A stretch of DNA of 64,000 bases from an uncultured Acidobacteriota bacterium (GTDB lineage: Bacteria > Acidobacteriota > Terriglobia > Versatilivoradales > Versatilivoraceae). This document shows, piece after piece, positions 28,145 through 38,148 of this stretch; position 1 is the first letter of the stretch; each line of letters starts with the position of its first letter. The notes under the pieces were generated by a model. The model made no database searches. It was not told the origin of the DNA and saw only the letters and a program-made list of their open reading frames with translations. The stretch lies in contig CAWDMN010000059.1 in NCBI GenBank assembly GCA_963803155.1, forward strand, positions 300,636-364,635, given 5' to 3'. A program made the translations under genes and the position numbers.

Positions 28145-29507
28145 TATGCGTGCAATCCCCACATTAAAAATCAGCATTTCCGGTGTTCGCGGAGTTGTGG
28201 GAGACTCCCTGACACCGACGCTACTGACCCGTTTTGCCCAGGCCTTTGGCACTTATACGAATTCCGGCACCATTGTGATCGGACGCGACACCCGCACTTC
28301 GGGCGAAATGGTCCGACAGGCCGTGATAGCCGGATTACTCTCCAGCGGGTGCCGTGTCCTCGACTTGGATATCTGTCCCGTTCCTACCATCCAATGGATG
28401 GTCCGGCATTTGGGCACTCCTGGCGGCATCGCTATCACAGCCAGCCACAATCCCGCTGAGTGGAACGCCCTGAAATTCGTCGGCGCCAATGGACTATTTC
28501 TGGATTCCGGCCAAGCCCGCGATTTGCTGAACATTTATCACCAGGGGGAATATACTCTGGTGCGTGGTGTCGAGATGCGCTCGGTGGAACATGTCAAGGG
28601 CGCGTGTGACCTGCACATTGCCGCCATTCTCAAGGAATTGGGCCCCCTGGCGGGAAAAGAAAAAAAAATCCGTGTCGTGCTTGACTCCTGCAATGGGGCC
28701 GGCTCGCTGGCAGGCCCTCGGCTGCTCGAAGCCTTGGGCGCGGAAGTCATCCCGGTTTTTAACACTCCCGATGGATCCTTTCCCCGTCCGGCTGAACCGC
28801 TCCCACAAAATTTGGGGGTCTTGTGTGAATCCGTAAAGAAACATCAGGCCGATGTCGGTTTTGCCCAGGATATGGATGCAGACCGGCTGGCCGTGGTTTC
28901 TGAACAAGGAATTCCCATTGGCGAGGATTTTACTCTGGTTTTGGCCACTTATTATGTTCTCAGTCATACTCAGGGCGCGGTTGTCTCCAATCTCTCAACC
29001 AGCCATGCGCTGGATTGGGTCGCGCGCAAATTCCACTGCCCGATTGTAAAAAGCAAGATAGGAGAAGCCAATGTCACCGAGACCATGCGGCGGGAAAATG
29101 CCATCATTGGCGGTGAGGGGAATGGTGGAGTGATTTTTCCCCGCTTGAATTTCGCGCGGGACAGCTTGGTGGGAATGGCCCTCATCCTGCATCTGCTCGA
29201 AAAGTCCGGAAAATCCATTTCCACGCTGATCGGAGAGATGCCCGCCTTCCAGATGGTCAAGGAGAAACTGCCCTGCCCCTCCGACAAAATCCAGCCGGTT
29301 TTAAAAATGCTTCGTCAAAAATACGCAACTTACCCACAGGACTTGCGGGATGGGATAAAAATTGAAGTGCCGGGTGGCTGGTTTCATGTGCGCGGATCCA
29401 ACACGGAACCCATCATCCGCCTGGTTGCTGAGGGAGAATCCGCGAAAATTCTGGAAGACCTCCGTTCTTCAGTCTTCGGGCGGGTGAAGGATTTCTTGGG
29501 CTGCTGA
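28145..29507 (+). CDS. alpha-D-phosphohexomutase paralog 2 (intact active site TASHNP; metal loop DMDADR)
   Basis: Start taken at MRAIPTLKISISGVRG. All four phosphohexomutase domains are recognisable. Confidence 0.85.
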
Positions 29508-29582
29508 AATATGCCCTGCCCATGAAAAGACAAGCTCAGTTCTCGCTAAAGGCCTTAACGACTCCATCTTCACGGGGATCAT

Positions 29583-31397
29583 ATGACTCCAGCAAAAATC
29601 AAGAAGATTGGCGGTGTGCCTGTGAATGCTGCCACAGGCGAGCGCGTCCCATCGCGAAGGAACTTCTCAATTCGCTCTTGGTTCAAGAGCCGTGAATTCT
29701 CTTGCCTCACACGCATCATAATTTTTCTTTCCATTGGATTCTTTGCCATGATTCTATCCTGGGCTGACACTCCCAAAGCAGATCTGATTTTTTTCAAAGC
29801 CAAAATCTGGACCGGAATTCCCTCCGCACCCTTCGCGGAAGCCATTGCCATCAAGGGCAACAAAATATTGGCGGTGGGATCGAATGAAGAAATATTGGCC
29901 CTGAAGGGAGACCAAACCAAGGTCCAACCATTGCGGGACGAGTTGGTGATGCCCGGATTCATCGACAACCACACCCACTTTCTCGAAGGCGGTTTTCGCC
30001 TTATGAGCGTCGACTTGCGGGATGCGGCGAGTGAAGCCGAGTTTGCCCGGCGGATTGCCCGAAAAGCGCATGAGCTTGCTCAGGGACTATGGATTACCGG
30101 AGGCAGTTGGGATCACGAGTCCTGGCCAGGCGCTCCTCTCCCCACAAAAGAATTGATCGATCCCGTTACTCCTCGGCATCCCGTATTTGTCCAACGGTTG
30201 GATGGCCACATGGGTCTTGCCAACAGCCTGGCATTAAAGCTGGCTGGCATCACTGCCTCTACACCAGTCCCCGCGGGTGGCGAAATCGTCAAGGATCCCA
30301 AAACAGGCCAGCCCTCAGGCATTCTTAAAGACTCGGCCATGGGTCTGGTGGAAGAGCTAATCCCCGCCCCCTCCCGTGAAGAAGAAGACAAGGCCTTGTC
30401 TCTTGCCATGCGGGAAGCAGCCAGGCTGGGGGTCACTTCCATACAGGATGTGACTCCTTGGGAAAGCTGGGAAGTCTTTCAGCGCGCCCGCCAGACCAAC
30501 CAGCTCACCGTCCGCATTTACTCTCGCACTCCCCTTGCCCAATGGCAAAAGCAAGTGGACTGGGTTCAAGAACATGGAATTGGCAATGACTGGCTGAAAC
30601 TAGGAGGTTTGAAAGCTTTCATGGATGGCTCGCTGGGGTCGACCACGGCCTACTTCTTTAAACCTTATTCGGATGCCCCCAACACCTCTGGGCTGCTCGC
30701 CGACGATCTGGTTTCACCGACAATTTTTCAGGAGCGGCTGAGACTATCCGATCAGGCTGGTCTGCAACTCTCGATCCATGCGATTGGCGACAGGGCGAAC
30801 CACATGCTTCTCGATTTTTATGAAGCTATGGAAAAGCAAAATGGCCCGAGGGATCGGCGTCCGCGGATCGAACATGCGCAGCACTTGGCCGCGGAAGATG
30901 TCCCCCGATTTTCCCGTCTAGGAGTGATTGCCTCCATGCAACCCGCCCACGCGGCTGACGATGGGCGCTGGGCTGAAAAAAGACTCGGACCCGAACGGGC
31001 AAAGGGTTCCTATGTATTTCATTCTCTCCTGAAGAATCATGCCATGCTTTGTTTCGGCACGAACTGGCCGGTTGCTCCGCTTACTCCGATGTTGGGAGTT
31101 TACTCTGCCGTGACTCGCCGCACCCTGGATGGCAAACACCCTTCCGGATGGATTCCGGAAGAAAAAATCACGTTGGATGAGGCGCTTCGTTGTTACACAC
31201 TCAACAGCGCATATGCCGCCTTTGAAGAAAAAATCAAAGGAACACTGGAACCGGGCAAGCTGGCTGATCTGGTGGTATTGGATCGGGATCTTTTCCAAAC
31301 GCCTCCGGAAAAAATCCGGGAAGCCTCTGTCCTTTTTACTGTTGTCGATGGAAAGATTGTCTACCGCGCCCCTGCTAAACAAACAGGGACGAAATGA
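29583..31397 (+). CDS. amidohydrolase-family protein (Amidohydro_3-like), secreted/membrane-anchored
   Basis: The metal-binding motif is VMPGFIDNHTHFLEGG. There is an N-terminal hydrophobic anchor. The C-terminal region has the HAIGD and DxxP patterns of the family. Confidence 0.8.
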   Translation: MTPAKIKKIGGVPVNAATGERVPSRRNFSIRSWFKSREFSCLTRIIIFLSIGFFAMILSWADTPKADLIFFKAKIWTGIPSAPFAEAIAIKGNKILAVGSNEEILALKGDQTKVQPLRDELVMPGFIDNHTHFLEGGFRLMSVDLRDAASEAEFARRIARKAHELAQGLWITGGSWDHESWPGAPLPTKELIDPVTPRHPVFVQRLDGHMGLANSLALKLAGITASTPVPAGGEIVKDPKTGQPSGILKDSAMGLVEELIPAPSREEEDKALSLAMREAARLGVTSIQDVTPWESWEVFQRARQTNQLTVRIYSRTPLAQWQKQVDWVQEHGIGNDWLKLGGLKAFMDGSLGSTTAYFFKPYSDAPNTSGLLADDLVSPTIFQERLRLSDQAGLQLSIHAIGDRANHMLLDFYEAMEKQNGPRDRRPRIEHAQHLAAEDVPRFSRLGVIASMQPAHAADDGRWAEKRLGPERAKGSYVFHSLLKNHAMLCFGTNWPVAPLTPMLGVYSAVTRRTLDGKHPSGWIPEEKITLDEALRCYTLNSAYAAFEEKIKGTLEPGKLADLVVLDRDLFQTPPEKIREASVLFTVVDGKIVYRAPAKQTGTK

Positions 31398-31410
31398 CGA
31401 TAAGTTCATC

Positions 31411-31466
31411 TTAGGTGTCAGGTGTCAGGTGTCGGGTGTTGAGTAGTAGATGCCTGACGCCAAGGG
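31411..31466. repeat. heptamer array (AGGTGTC)x3 plus CCTGACGCC box; left arm of an imperfect inverted repeat
   Basis: It pairs with 31648-31712, whose reverse complement is ccaggcgtcaggtgctaggtgtcaggggctaggtgcccggtgccggaggttgggtgtcgggtg. Confidence 0.55.
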
Positions 31467-31647
31467 ACGGATTTGTTTGGAGGAAAAATATAATTCTAAT
31501 TGGGGAATTGGCAGAGCATTCTTTCGCATTTCGGAGTGACGCGGGAAGATGGCGAGCACTATGGGAGCGATTTTTCTCGCTTTGTTAAATCCCTCCCTCA
31601 GTCTGACAATCCCTCTCACCTTTGGCTGGAGTCCTTTTGTCGCCAAA

Positions 31648-31712
31648 CACCCGACACCCAACCTCCGGCACCGGGCACCTAGCCCCTGACACCTAGCACC
31701 TGACGCCTGGAA
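31648..31712. repeat. right arm of the GGTGTCA-type heptamer inverted repeat, ending 11 nt before the FliK-like start codon
   Basis: Read directly from the sequence. Confidence 0.55.
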
Positions 31713-31722
31713 ATTATTTATC

Positions 31723-33669
31723 ATGTCATCCATGCCATTATTGCCAATTCAGCCTACTTCCTCACGAACCGTCGTGGTCAGCACGACCGCGATCGAAGGA
31801 CTGCAATTGGCCATCGGCCAGGAAGTCTCCGCCCGGATTTTGGCCATCAATGCGCAGGGAGAATTGCTCCTCGATATGAAAAACCGGCGGCTCTGGGCAC
31901 AATCCGATCTGCCCCTAGAGCCCGGCCGCGCCATCAATTTGAAGGTCCTCGAAACCACCCCCTCCATCCAGCTTCAATTAATCTCTGCGCCTGAGGTTCC
32001 GGAAAGTCCTCAAGAGTTGACCGCCATGGCCAACTTGATTTTGGCCCAAAAAGCCGAATCGGGGGTAAAAACTGAATTTAATGCGCAGCTTCTCCTGGAG
32101 ACCTTGAAGAATCTGCTCCAAACATCTGATGTGGGAAAACCCAATATCCCACTGGAACAGTTGAAGCAGATTTTGGCTCCTTTGACCGCGGGAGAAGATC
32201 CTCGTCAATTCCTGCAGAACCTCAAAGCTCAACTGGAAAATTCCGGACTTTTTTTCGAGGCCCGATTGCGGACTCTCTTGGAGACTTTTCGCGCGACGCC
32301 GGAAAGCGTCCTGGGAAAAATGTCTTCGGATTTGAAGGTCCTGCTGGGTCAGGTGAATCAGGAATTCGAAAAAATCAATCCACCGCTGCCTCCGCCCCTG
32401 CAGGTTCTTATTGCCCGATTGGAGGAATTGATCGCGCAAATACAGCCGGAGGCAATGGCTGGCCTGGCGCTCCCCCAAACACAGCCGTCAGCTGCTGCAT
32501 CTTCCCCAATCTTGGAGAATGTGAATCTCCCAAACTCCGCGGCAATGGAGGCCGAATCGGATCCTGTTCAACAAATGACACGGGCTTTCATGGGGGAATT
32601 GCAGGATATTAAGCAGGAGGCCACCTCGCAAGCAGCTACAACGGCCGGCAATTTTCAAAGAGTTTTGGATCAGTCGGAAAGTGAGCTTCAACACGTTTAT
32701 ATCAATCTTGCCGGCGCTCCCTTGGCGGAAGCGGACTCCTCTCAAGCAGCAGCTCAAAGTGAAATTAAAGCGTTCGCCAATTTGCTCCAACAGATTAGCA
32801 AGGATGTTGAGATCCTCAAAGCCTCGCCAGAATTGGCTCTTCAACACCTGGCGGGGCAGTTGAAATCGCTCACACCGGCCTTGGAATCCATTTTCGGCAA
32901 GTTGCCTGAGACTTTCCGCTCCATGTTGCAGCCACAGCTGGAAACGTTGCATAAAATCATTCAACAAGTTGACCAGACCCTGCGGCAGGCGGTCATGGAG
33001 TCACGCTCCGCCGTCCAGCATTTCGGCGATCAATTGCGAACCATTCTCGCGAAGACTGAAGAAGATCCGTTTTTCTCCCAGGCAAAATTCAAGATGAACC
33101 CCGCCCAGGTCCAGGAAGCGTTGCGGAATGTACACTCGGAATTGCAGGGACGCCTAATCGAATTAGATCAGCCGTCAGACCTGACGGCCATTTGGAAAAT
33201 GGCTGGCGAGTTGAAAGCCGCTCTTGCCGATCAACTATTGGCGAAGCAGGCGGACACGGCCCTCCATTGGTTGCGGGATGGCAGCTTTGAAGCAGTGATT
33301 CCAATTCAATACCAGCTTTTTCAAAGCCCGGCCCGGATCCGTTTTCAAATTGATCCGGAAGGCCGAAAATCTGGCGGAAAGGACCGGCCCACCACCGTGG
33401 ATATCCGCTTGGAACTTCCCGGCTGGGGGAAGGTCGAAGCTTGGGCCCGCTGGTTCGAAAAGCAGATCGACGTCAAATTGTATTTGGAAGAGGCTGGCAT
33501 TGCCTCGGTCCTTGAAAAACATGCGAGTGAATTGTCTGCTGAGCTGCGGGAGTCCGGGTTCCGGCAGGTGACTGTTGAAGTTCGGGCAGACCCCGTGCGG
33601 CTTTATAAAAAAGAATTGACTCCGGAAAGAGTTGTACTCGAAGGAAAACTGTTGAGTGTTCATGTCTAA
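31723..33669 (+). CDS. FliK-like protein (flagellar hook-length control protein family, C-terminal Flg_hook-like domain)
   Basis: The protein is Q/L/A/P-rich and low-complexity, with a C-terminal block WARWFEKQIDVKLYLEEAGIASVLEKHASELSAELRESGF that is typical of the FliK C-terminal domain. It is followed by a FlhB C-terminal-domain gene. Confidence 0.5.
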   Translation: MSSMPLLPIQPTSSRTVVVSTTAIEGLQLAIGQEVSARILAINAQGELLLDMKNRRLWAQSDLPLEPGRAINLKVLETTPSIQLQLISAPEVPESPQELTAMANLILAQKAESGVKTEFNAQLLLETLKNLLQTSDVGKPNIPLEQLKQILAPLTAGEDPRQFLQNLKAQLENSGLFFEARLRTLLETFRATPESVLGKMSSDLKVLLGQVNQEFEKINPPLPPPLQVLIARLEELIAQIQPEAMAGLALPQTQPSAAASSPILENVNLPNSAAMEAESDPVQQMTRAFMGELQDIKQEATSQAATTAGNFQRVLDQSESELQHVYINLAGAPLAEADSSQAAAQSEIKAFANLLQQISKDVEILKASPELALQHLAGQLKSLTPALESIFGKLPETFRSMLQPQLETLHKIIQQVDQTLRQAVMESRSAVQHFGDQLRTILAKTEEDPFFSQAKFKMNPAQVQEALRNVHSELQGRLIELDQPSDLTAIWKMAGELKAALADQLLAKQADTALHWLRDGSFEAVIPIQYQLFQSPARIRFQIDPEGRKSGGKDRPTTVDIRLELPGWGKVEAWARWFEKQIDVKLYLEEAGIASVLEKHASELSAELRESGFRQVTVEVRADPVRLYKKELTPERVVLEGKLLSVHV

Positions 33670-33942
33670 GAACGGCGACATATGGATAGAGTCATTCGGC
33701 GCGGCAAGCAGATAAGAATCTGTAATTATATTTACGGCGGTTCTGATGATTGTTGCGAAACGGGAACAAACACTTGAATCAAGAATACGAAAGCCCCGGC
33801 CTTCGCCACGCGAATCAGAGAGATGGCTTTTTCCCACGCTCAGCTCTCGCAGCCAATCCCTTTCGCTCATCTCGTACCGTTTTTTATTTGCGAGCCCAAG
33901 AAACAAACGATGAGAGCAATTTACGTCTATTTTGGATGAACT

Positions 33943-34290
33943 ATGAATATGTCTGAAGAAAAAGAAAAACCGGTCAAAGCAGCCGCTTTAAAATATGAAC
34001 ATGGCAAGGATGCCTCTCCACAACTGGTCGCGAAGGGGCAAGGAATGGTGGCGGAAAAAATCCTGGAGCTGGCGAGGGCCAACAACATTCCCGTGCACGA
34101 GGATCCGGCCCTGGTGGAAATTCTTTCAAAAATGGAGATCCTGGACCAGATTCCTTCGGAATGTTATCGAGTCGTCGCGGAGATTCTCGCATTTATTTAC
34201 AAAACCCATGGCGCGGCTACGCTGAAGTTGCAGAACCGCGTGCCGCCCAAACCTATGCTCCCCGAACATAGCGCAAGTCCGGAACATTAA
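33943..34290 (+). CDS. FlhB C-terminal domain (EscU/YscU-like cytoplasmic domain) stand-alone protein, YlqH-like
   Basis: VKAAALKYEHGKDASPQLVAKGQGMVAEKILELARANNIPVHEDPALVEIL matches the conserved AVALxY...AP.VVAKG.G..A..I...A....IP motif of FlhB_C. Confidence 0.75.
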   Translation: MNMSEEKEKPVKAAALKYEHGKDASPQLVAKGQGMVAEKILELARANNIPVHEDPALVEILSKMEILDQIPSECYRVVAEILAFIYKTHGAATLKLQNRVPPKPMLPEHSASPEH

Positions 34291-34351
34291 AAAGCTCCTC
34301 AGAGGAGCCCCGCATGCCAGCATGGCTGGCAAAGCAAGAGGATGAATAGGG

Positions 34352-34422
34352 GATGATGGAGGCGGCCTGTCCAGGCCGTCTGAGCAGGCTTGGCAAACTC
34401 AGGCGGGGCACCCCGCCTCCAT
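34352..34422. repeat. structured repeat family R3, copy 2
   Basis: gatgatggaggcggcctgtccaggccgtctgagcaggcttggcaaactcaggcggggcaccccgcctccat is about 90% identical to the reverse complement of 24842-24913. Confidence 0.65.
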
Positions 34423-34553
34423 CCACGCCATTTTATAGGGAGTCGACGGAATCGAAAAACACTGGGCAGGAGAGATCCACGCCGAACTCAATCCGGCGAA
34501 CACCATGCAAAAAGAGGATAATTGGCAGGGCATTGCAAAAAAGGGCTCGCTGG

Positions 34554-34570
34554 GAGGCTCGCCCTCCCTT
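34554..34570. repeat. REP-like 17-mer gggaggctcgccctccc (family R4)
   Basis: An exact reverse-complement match to 18479-18495. Confidence 0.55.
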
Positions 34571-34620
34571 TTGGCTTTTCCTTCACGAGTTCACTCATCT
34601 GGGTGACAACCATTTTGTCT

Positions 34621-35337
34621 CTATTTTTTTGCTTTTCCGAAGAAGGCTACCCCTAAGATTCCACCTACAGTGGTGAAGATTGCGCAAATTACCAGCTTTG
34701 AGGCCAAGCCAAAGAAAATGACTAACGGGTGGAGCGGCTGATTAATAAACTGCATTATCCATTCTAAAATTCTCGCCGATTCCGGCGGAAGATTATCGAC
34801 GCTTTTGAAGATATCTTGAAATTGTTCGACCCCCCGCGAGCGGAAAATCAAGGTCAGAGGAATCGACATAACTTCCCATGCCACGGCGCCAATTGCCCCG
34901 GTCAAAAGACCCAATTTGGCTCCAGTTCCCGCTTCAATATTGCTCTTCGTCTCTTGGCGCAGGAAATAAACGGCCAAAATCCCTCCGGCAATGACCCACA
35001 GCCAGCAACAACAACTGACAATGGGCAGAGAGGAAGCCACCCCCATGATGACTCCGGCCAAAAGGGCCGGCCGGCTTAAATTGAGCGCAGGAGGCGGAGA
35101 AGTGGGTGCAGGTGGATAGTAAGAAGCAGCTGGGGGGGGCAATAAAGGTTCCGGCTGAGGCGGAGGCGCCGGCTCTTGCGCCTGATTTTCCGGAATCAAA
35201 GGGGGAGGAAGCTGTTCCTGGGAAATTTCGATGGGGCTGTTGAGCGGTTTTACCTCACTCACTGAACTCCCGCAGATGGGACAAAAGCGGGCACTTTCAT
35301 CTAGCAGTTGCTGACAGTTCGGACATTGTTTATGCAT
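34621..35337 (-). CDS. zinc-ribbon domain membrane protein (proline-rich linker, 3-4 TM helices)
   Basis: N-terminal CPNCQQLLDESARFCPICG (C4 zinc ribbon). A Pro-rich spacer follows, then hydrophobic helices. Confidence 0.6.
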   Translation of the reverse strand: MHKQCPNCQQLLDESARFCPICGSSVSEVKPLNSPIEISQEQLPPPLIPENQAQEPAPPPQPEPLLPPPAASYYPPAPTSPPPALNLSRPALLAGVIMGVASSLPIVSCCCWLWVIAGGILAVYFLRQETKSNIEAGTGAKLGLLTGAIGAVAWEVMSIPLTLIFRSRGVEQFQDIFKSVDNLPPESARILEWIMQFINQPLHPLVIFFGLASKLVICAIFTTVGGILGVAFFGKAKK

Positions 35338-35561
35338 AAGTTCCTCAGCAATCCAATTATCAAAAATCTATTATCTATCCCGCGGATTTTGTTTTCTCAT
35401 ATAAGATTGCTTACAATACAACAGACTAGGAAAGGATTCAACAGTATCCGTGCATTAGGGCCTGCGGATTTGAAGATCAAATCCGAACTTTTCAGGAAAT
35501 TGAGAATATTTCAAAATCGCAAGATTATGTGAAGAATCGCTTAATTCGTGAGGCCGAGCCT

Positions 35562-35617
35562 CCCGGCGAGCCGTTTCGGGTTCTGGTCTCGGCGGGAGCC
35601 TCGCCCTCACCTGTTCT
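35562..35617. repeat. degenerate R4-type palindromic pair (gccgagcctcccggcgagcc ... cggcgggagcctcgccctc) 70-125 nt upstream of the fumarate hydratase gene
   Basis: Read directly from the sequence. Confidence 0.45.
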
Positions 35618-35686
35618 TGCGGACTGGCCTCGCTGCTGTTTCCCTGGCTTATGACGGTTTGACACAACCTTGATTGGGATCACAAT

Positions 35687-37237
35687 ATGCAAGACAAAAA
35701 AGTGGAGACTCTTATGCAAAAATTTCGCGACAGCATTCTTGACTTAATCAGTCAAACTTCGACCAATTTGCCCACGGATGTGCGTCAGGCAATGGAGCCC
35801 GCCATTGGTCGAGAGAGGCCCAACACCCAGTCTTCACAGGCATTGGCGGTGATAGCAACTAATATTGATATGGCTGTCCATGCGACAGGGCCAATCTGCC
35901 AGGACACCGGGATGCCCACGTTTAAAATCAAAGTTCCGGTCGGAATCAATCAAATTCAGATGAAAGGGGAGATCCGGGAGGCGATAGCGAAAGCTACGCG
36001 GCTGGGCTGGTTGCGCCCCAATTCCGTGGATTCCTTGACCGGGAAAAACAGCGGGAACAACCTTGGCCCGGGTACACCCATTTTTTATTTTGACCAATGG
36101 GAAAGCCCTGACGAGATCGAAGTCAAGTTGCTGCTTAAAGGGGGAGGGTGCGAGAATAAAAATATACAATATTCCCTTCCCTGCGAATTGTCGCATCTCG
36201 GCCGTGCCGACCGCACTTTGGAGGGTGTCCGCAAATGCATCCTGCACGCAGTGTGGCAAGCCCAGGGACAAGGTTGCAGTGCGGGAGCTCTCGGCGTTGC
36301 CATTGGAGGCGACCGGACTTCAGGATATGCATTTGCTAAAGAACAACTTTTCCGTTCCCTGGACGACATCAATCCGACCCCTGAACTGGCCAAGCTCGAA
36401 GACTATATTATGAAAGCCGCCAATACCCTGGGCATAGGGACGATGGGATTTGGCGGCGATGTCACGCTGATTGGCTGCAAAGTGGGCGCCTTCAACCGGC
36501 TCCCCGCCAGTTTTTTTGTCTCCGTAGCATACGACTGCTGGGCGTTTCGTCGCTTGGGCGTGGTTCTGAACGCATCCAGCGGCGAAATCAAACGCTGGCT
36601 CTATCGCGACGCCGCTAAAGATAAAGCATTGTCGACCGGTGAAGGCTTCCCACGCACGGGCCGGGAAATTCGCCTGAGAGCGCCACTAAGCGAACAGGAA
36701 GTTCGAAATTTAAAAGTCGGAGATGTGGTCTTGATTGATGGCGAAATGTATACGGGCAGAGACGCTGTCCACGCCTATCTCACCAAGAACTCCGCTCCCG
36801 TTGACCTTCGAGGGCAGATCATTTACCACTGTGGACCTGTAGTGTTGGGGAAGGAAGGGGATTACCGCATGACTGCCGCTGGACCGACCACCAGCATCCG
36901 GGAAGAACCTTATCAAGGGGGCATTATCCGCAAATTTGGCCTTCGAGCGGTCATCGGGAAAGGGGGCATGGGATCCAAAACTCTGGCTGCCCTGCAAGAG
37001 TCCGGCGCTGTCTATCTCAACGCCATCGGGGGAGCCGCCCAATATTATTCACGCTGCATCGAAAAAGTGCTGGGAGTAAATTTTCTCGAATTCGGCATTC
37101 CTGAAGCCCTTTGGCATATCCAGGTCAAGGAATTCCCCGCCATCGTCACCATGGATGCTCACGGAAATTCCCTTCATGCCGACGTCGAAAAGGCCTCCGC
37201 TGCATTGCTCGGGCGCTTGGCGGAGCCGGTGTTTTGA
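35687..37237 (+). CDS. class I (Fe-S dependent) fumarate hydratase / L(+)-tartrate dehydratase-type hydro-lyase, fused alpha+beta
   Basis: The alpha domain has the cluster-ligand Cys context ICQDTGMPTF. The C-terminal beta-domain is also present. 516 aa, as in single-chain FumA-like enzymes. Confidence 0.85.
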   Translation: MQDKKVETLMQKFRDSILDLISQTSTNLPTDVRQAMEPAIGRERPNTQSSQALAVIATNIDMAVHATGPICQDTGMPTFKIKVPVGINQIQMKGEIREAIAKATRLGWLRPNSVDSLTGKNSGNNLGPGTPIFYFDQWESPDEIEVKLLLKGGGCENKNIQYSLPCELSHLGRADRTLEGVRKCILHAVWQAQGQGCSAGALGVAIGGDRTSGYAFAKEQLFRSLDDINPTPELAKLEDYIMKAANTLGIGTMGFGGDVTLIGCKVGAFNRLPASFFVSVAYDCWAFRRLGVVLNASSGEIKRWLYRDAAKDKALSTGEGFPRTGREIRLRAPLSEQEVRNLKVGDVVLIDGEMYTGRDAVHAYLTKNSAPVDLRGQIIYHCGPVVLGKEGDYRMTAAGPTTSIREEPYQGGIIRKFGLRAVIGKGGMGSKTLAALQESGAVYLNAIGGAAQYYSRCIEKVLGVNFLEFGIPEALWHIQVKEFPAIVTMDAHGNSLHADVEKASAALLGRLAEPVF

Positions 37238-37266
37238 CATAAGGTTTGACTCGTCCAAACTCTGAT

Positions 37267-37491
37267 TTATTCAACTTCAAAAATGGAACGGGGAAGGTTT
37301 GATTGGCGGATAATGGACTGCAGAGTCCCGATCTTTATTTCAGAATGGTTCGGAACCGGAATGGTGATGGTGGTATTTCCAACGCATTTTTGCATGACTA
37401 CATGGCTTCCTCGTTGACGAACTTGTTGGAAACCGTATTGTTCCATTAAGCGGCAAAGAGCCGATCCAGAAAAAACGCGCAGCTTACCCAA
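37267..37491 (-). CDS. hicA: HicA-family mRNA interferase toxin
   Basis: LMEQYGFQQVRQRGSHVVMQK is the YcfA/HicA dsRBD-like motif with the catalytic His. 74 aa. It overlaps hicB by 8 nt. Confidence 0.85.
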   Translation of the reverse strand: MGKLRVFSGSALCRLMEQYGFQQVRQRGSHVVMQKCVGNTTITIPVPNHSEIKIGTLQSIIRQSNLPRSIFEVE

Positions 37492-37711
37492 CGGACACCT
37501 CTAGTCTGGTCACAAACACTTCGTCATGCAAACGAGTCTGAATCTCAGAGATATCGGCAGTTTCAAAAAAAAGCTCAAGCGCTTCGATCAGATTTTGGCG
37601 AGCCTGCTCAATGCTGTCACCCTGGCTGGCAATGTCCAATTCCGGACATAATGCAATATAACCATCTCCCTCCCGTTCAATAATCCCAGTTAGTTGTCTA
37701 TATTGTTTCAT
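37484..37711 (-). CDS. hicB: HicB-family antitoxin
   Basis: 75-aa UPF0150/HicB N-domain-like protein (YIALCPELDIASQGDSIEQARQNLIEAL), directly upstream of hicA. Confidence 0.8.
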   Translation of the reverse strand: MKQYRQLTGIIEREGDGYIALCPELDIASQGDSIEQARQNLIEALELFFETADISEIQTRLHDEVFVTRLEVSVG

Positions 37712-38148
37712 ATCTTAATTCCTTTCTGACAAACCGTCTCATACCCACACCGACCTTCTCCAAGAGGAGTACCTTTGATATTGAGCAATCACGGCAAAAA
37801 GAATAAACACACACTCCTTTTCGGGGAAAACCATGAATAAGGCATCTGATAACTGTAGTATTGTAATGTCTTTTCCAATTCGGATGCAGCACCTTTTTTG
37901 GGGTGTCCTTAAAATAAGTCTGAAAACATCTCAGTCGCGAAAGAAGCGATTGGGGAATGGGGAAGATCCTTCGGAATGTCGCAAAGAAGCGTTGGTGCCC
38001 TTCAAATTAGCTCAATCAAGGCACCAAGCCAATACCCATAATGAATATGTTCGACTCCTTTCGGCTCGGCACAGGAACGACAAGAAAGCCCCGGGAAATA
38101 TTTCATCTTCACCGGGGGCTTCTCTGTTGAATGAGACAAATCTCAGGA

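Noticed and set aside
33235-33906. 223-aa minus-strand ORF overlapping the end of the FliK-like gene
   Set aside because: No motifs. It overlaps a gene with a clear C-terminal domain and extends into a repeat-bearing spacer.
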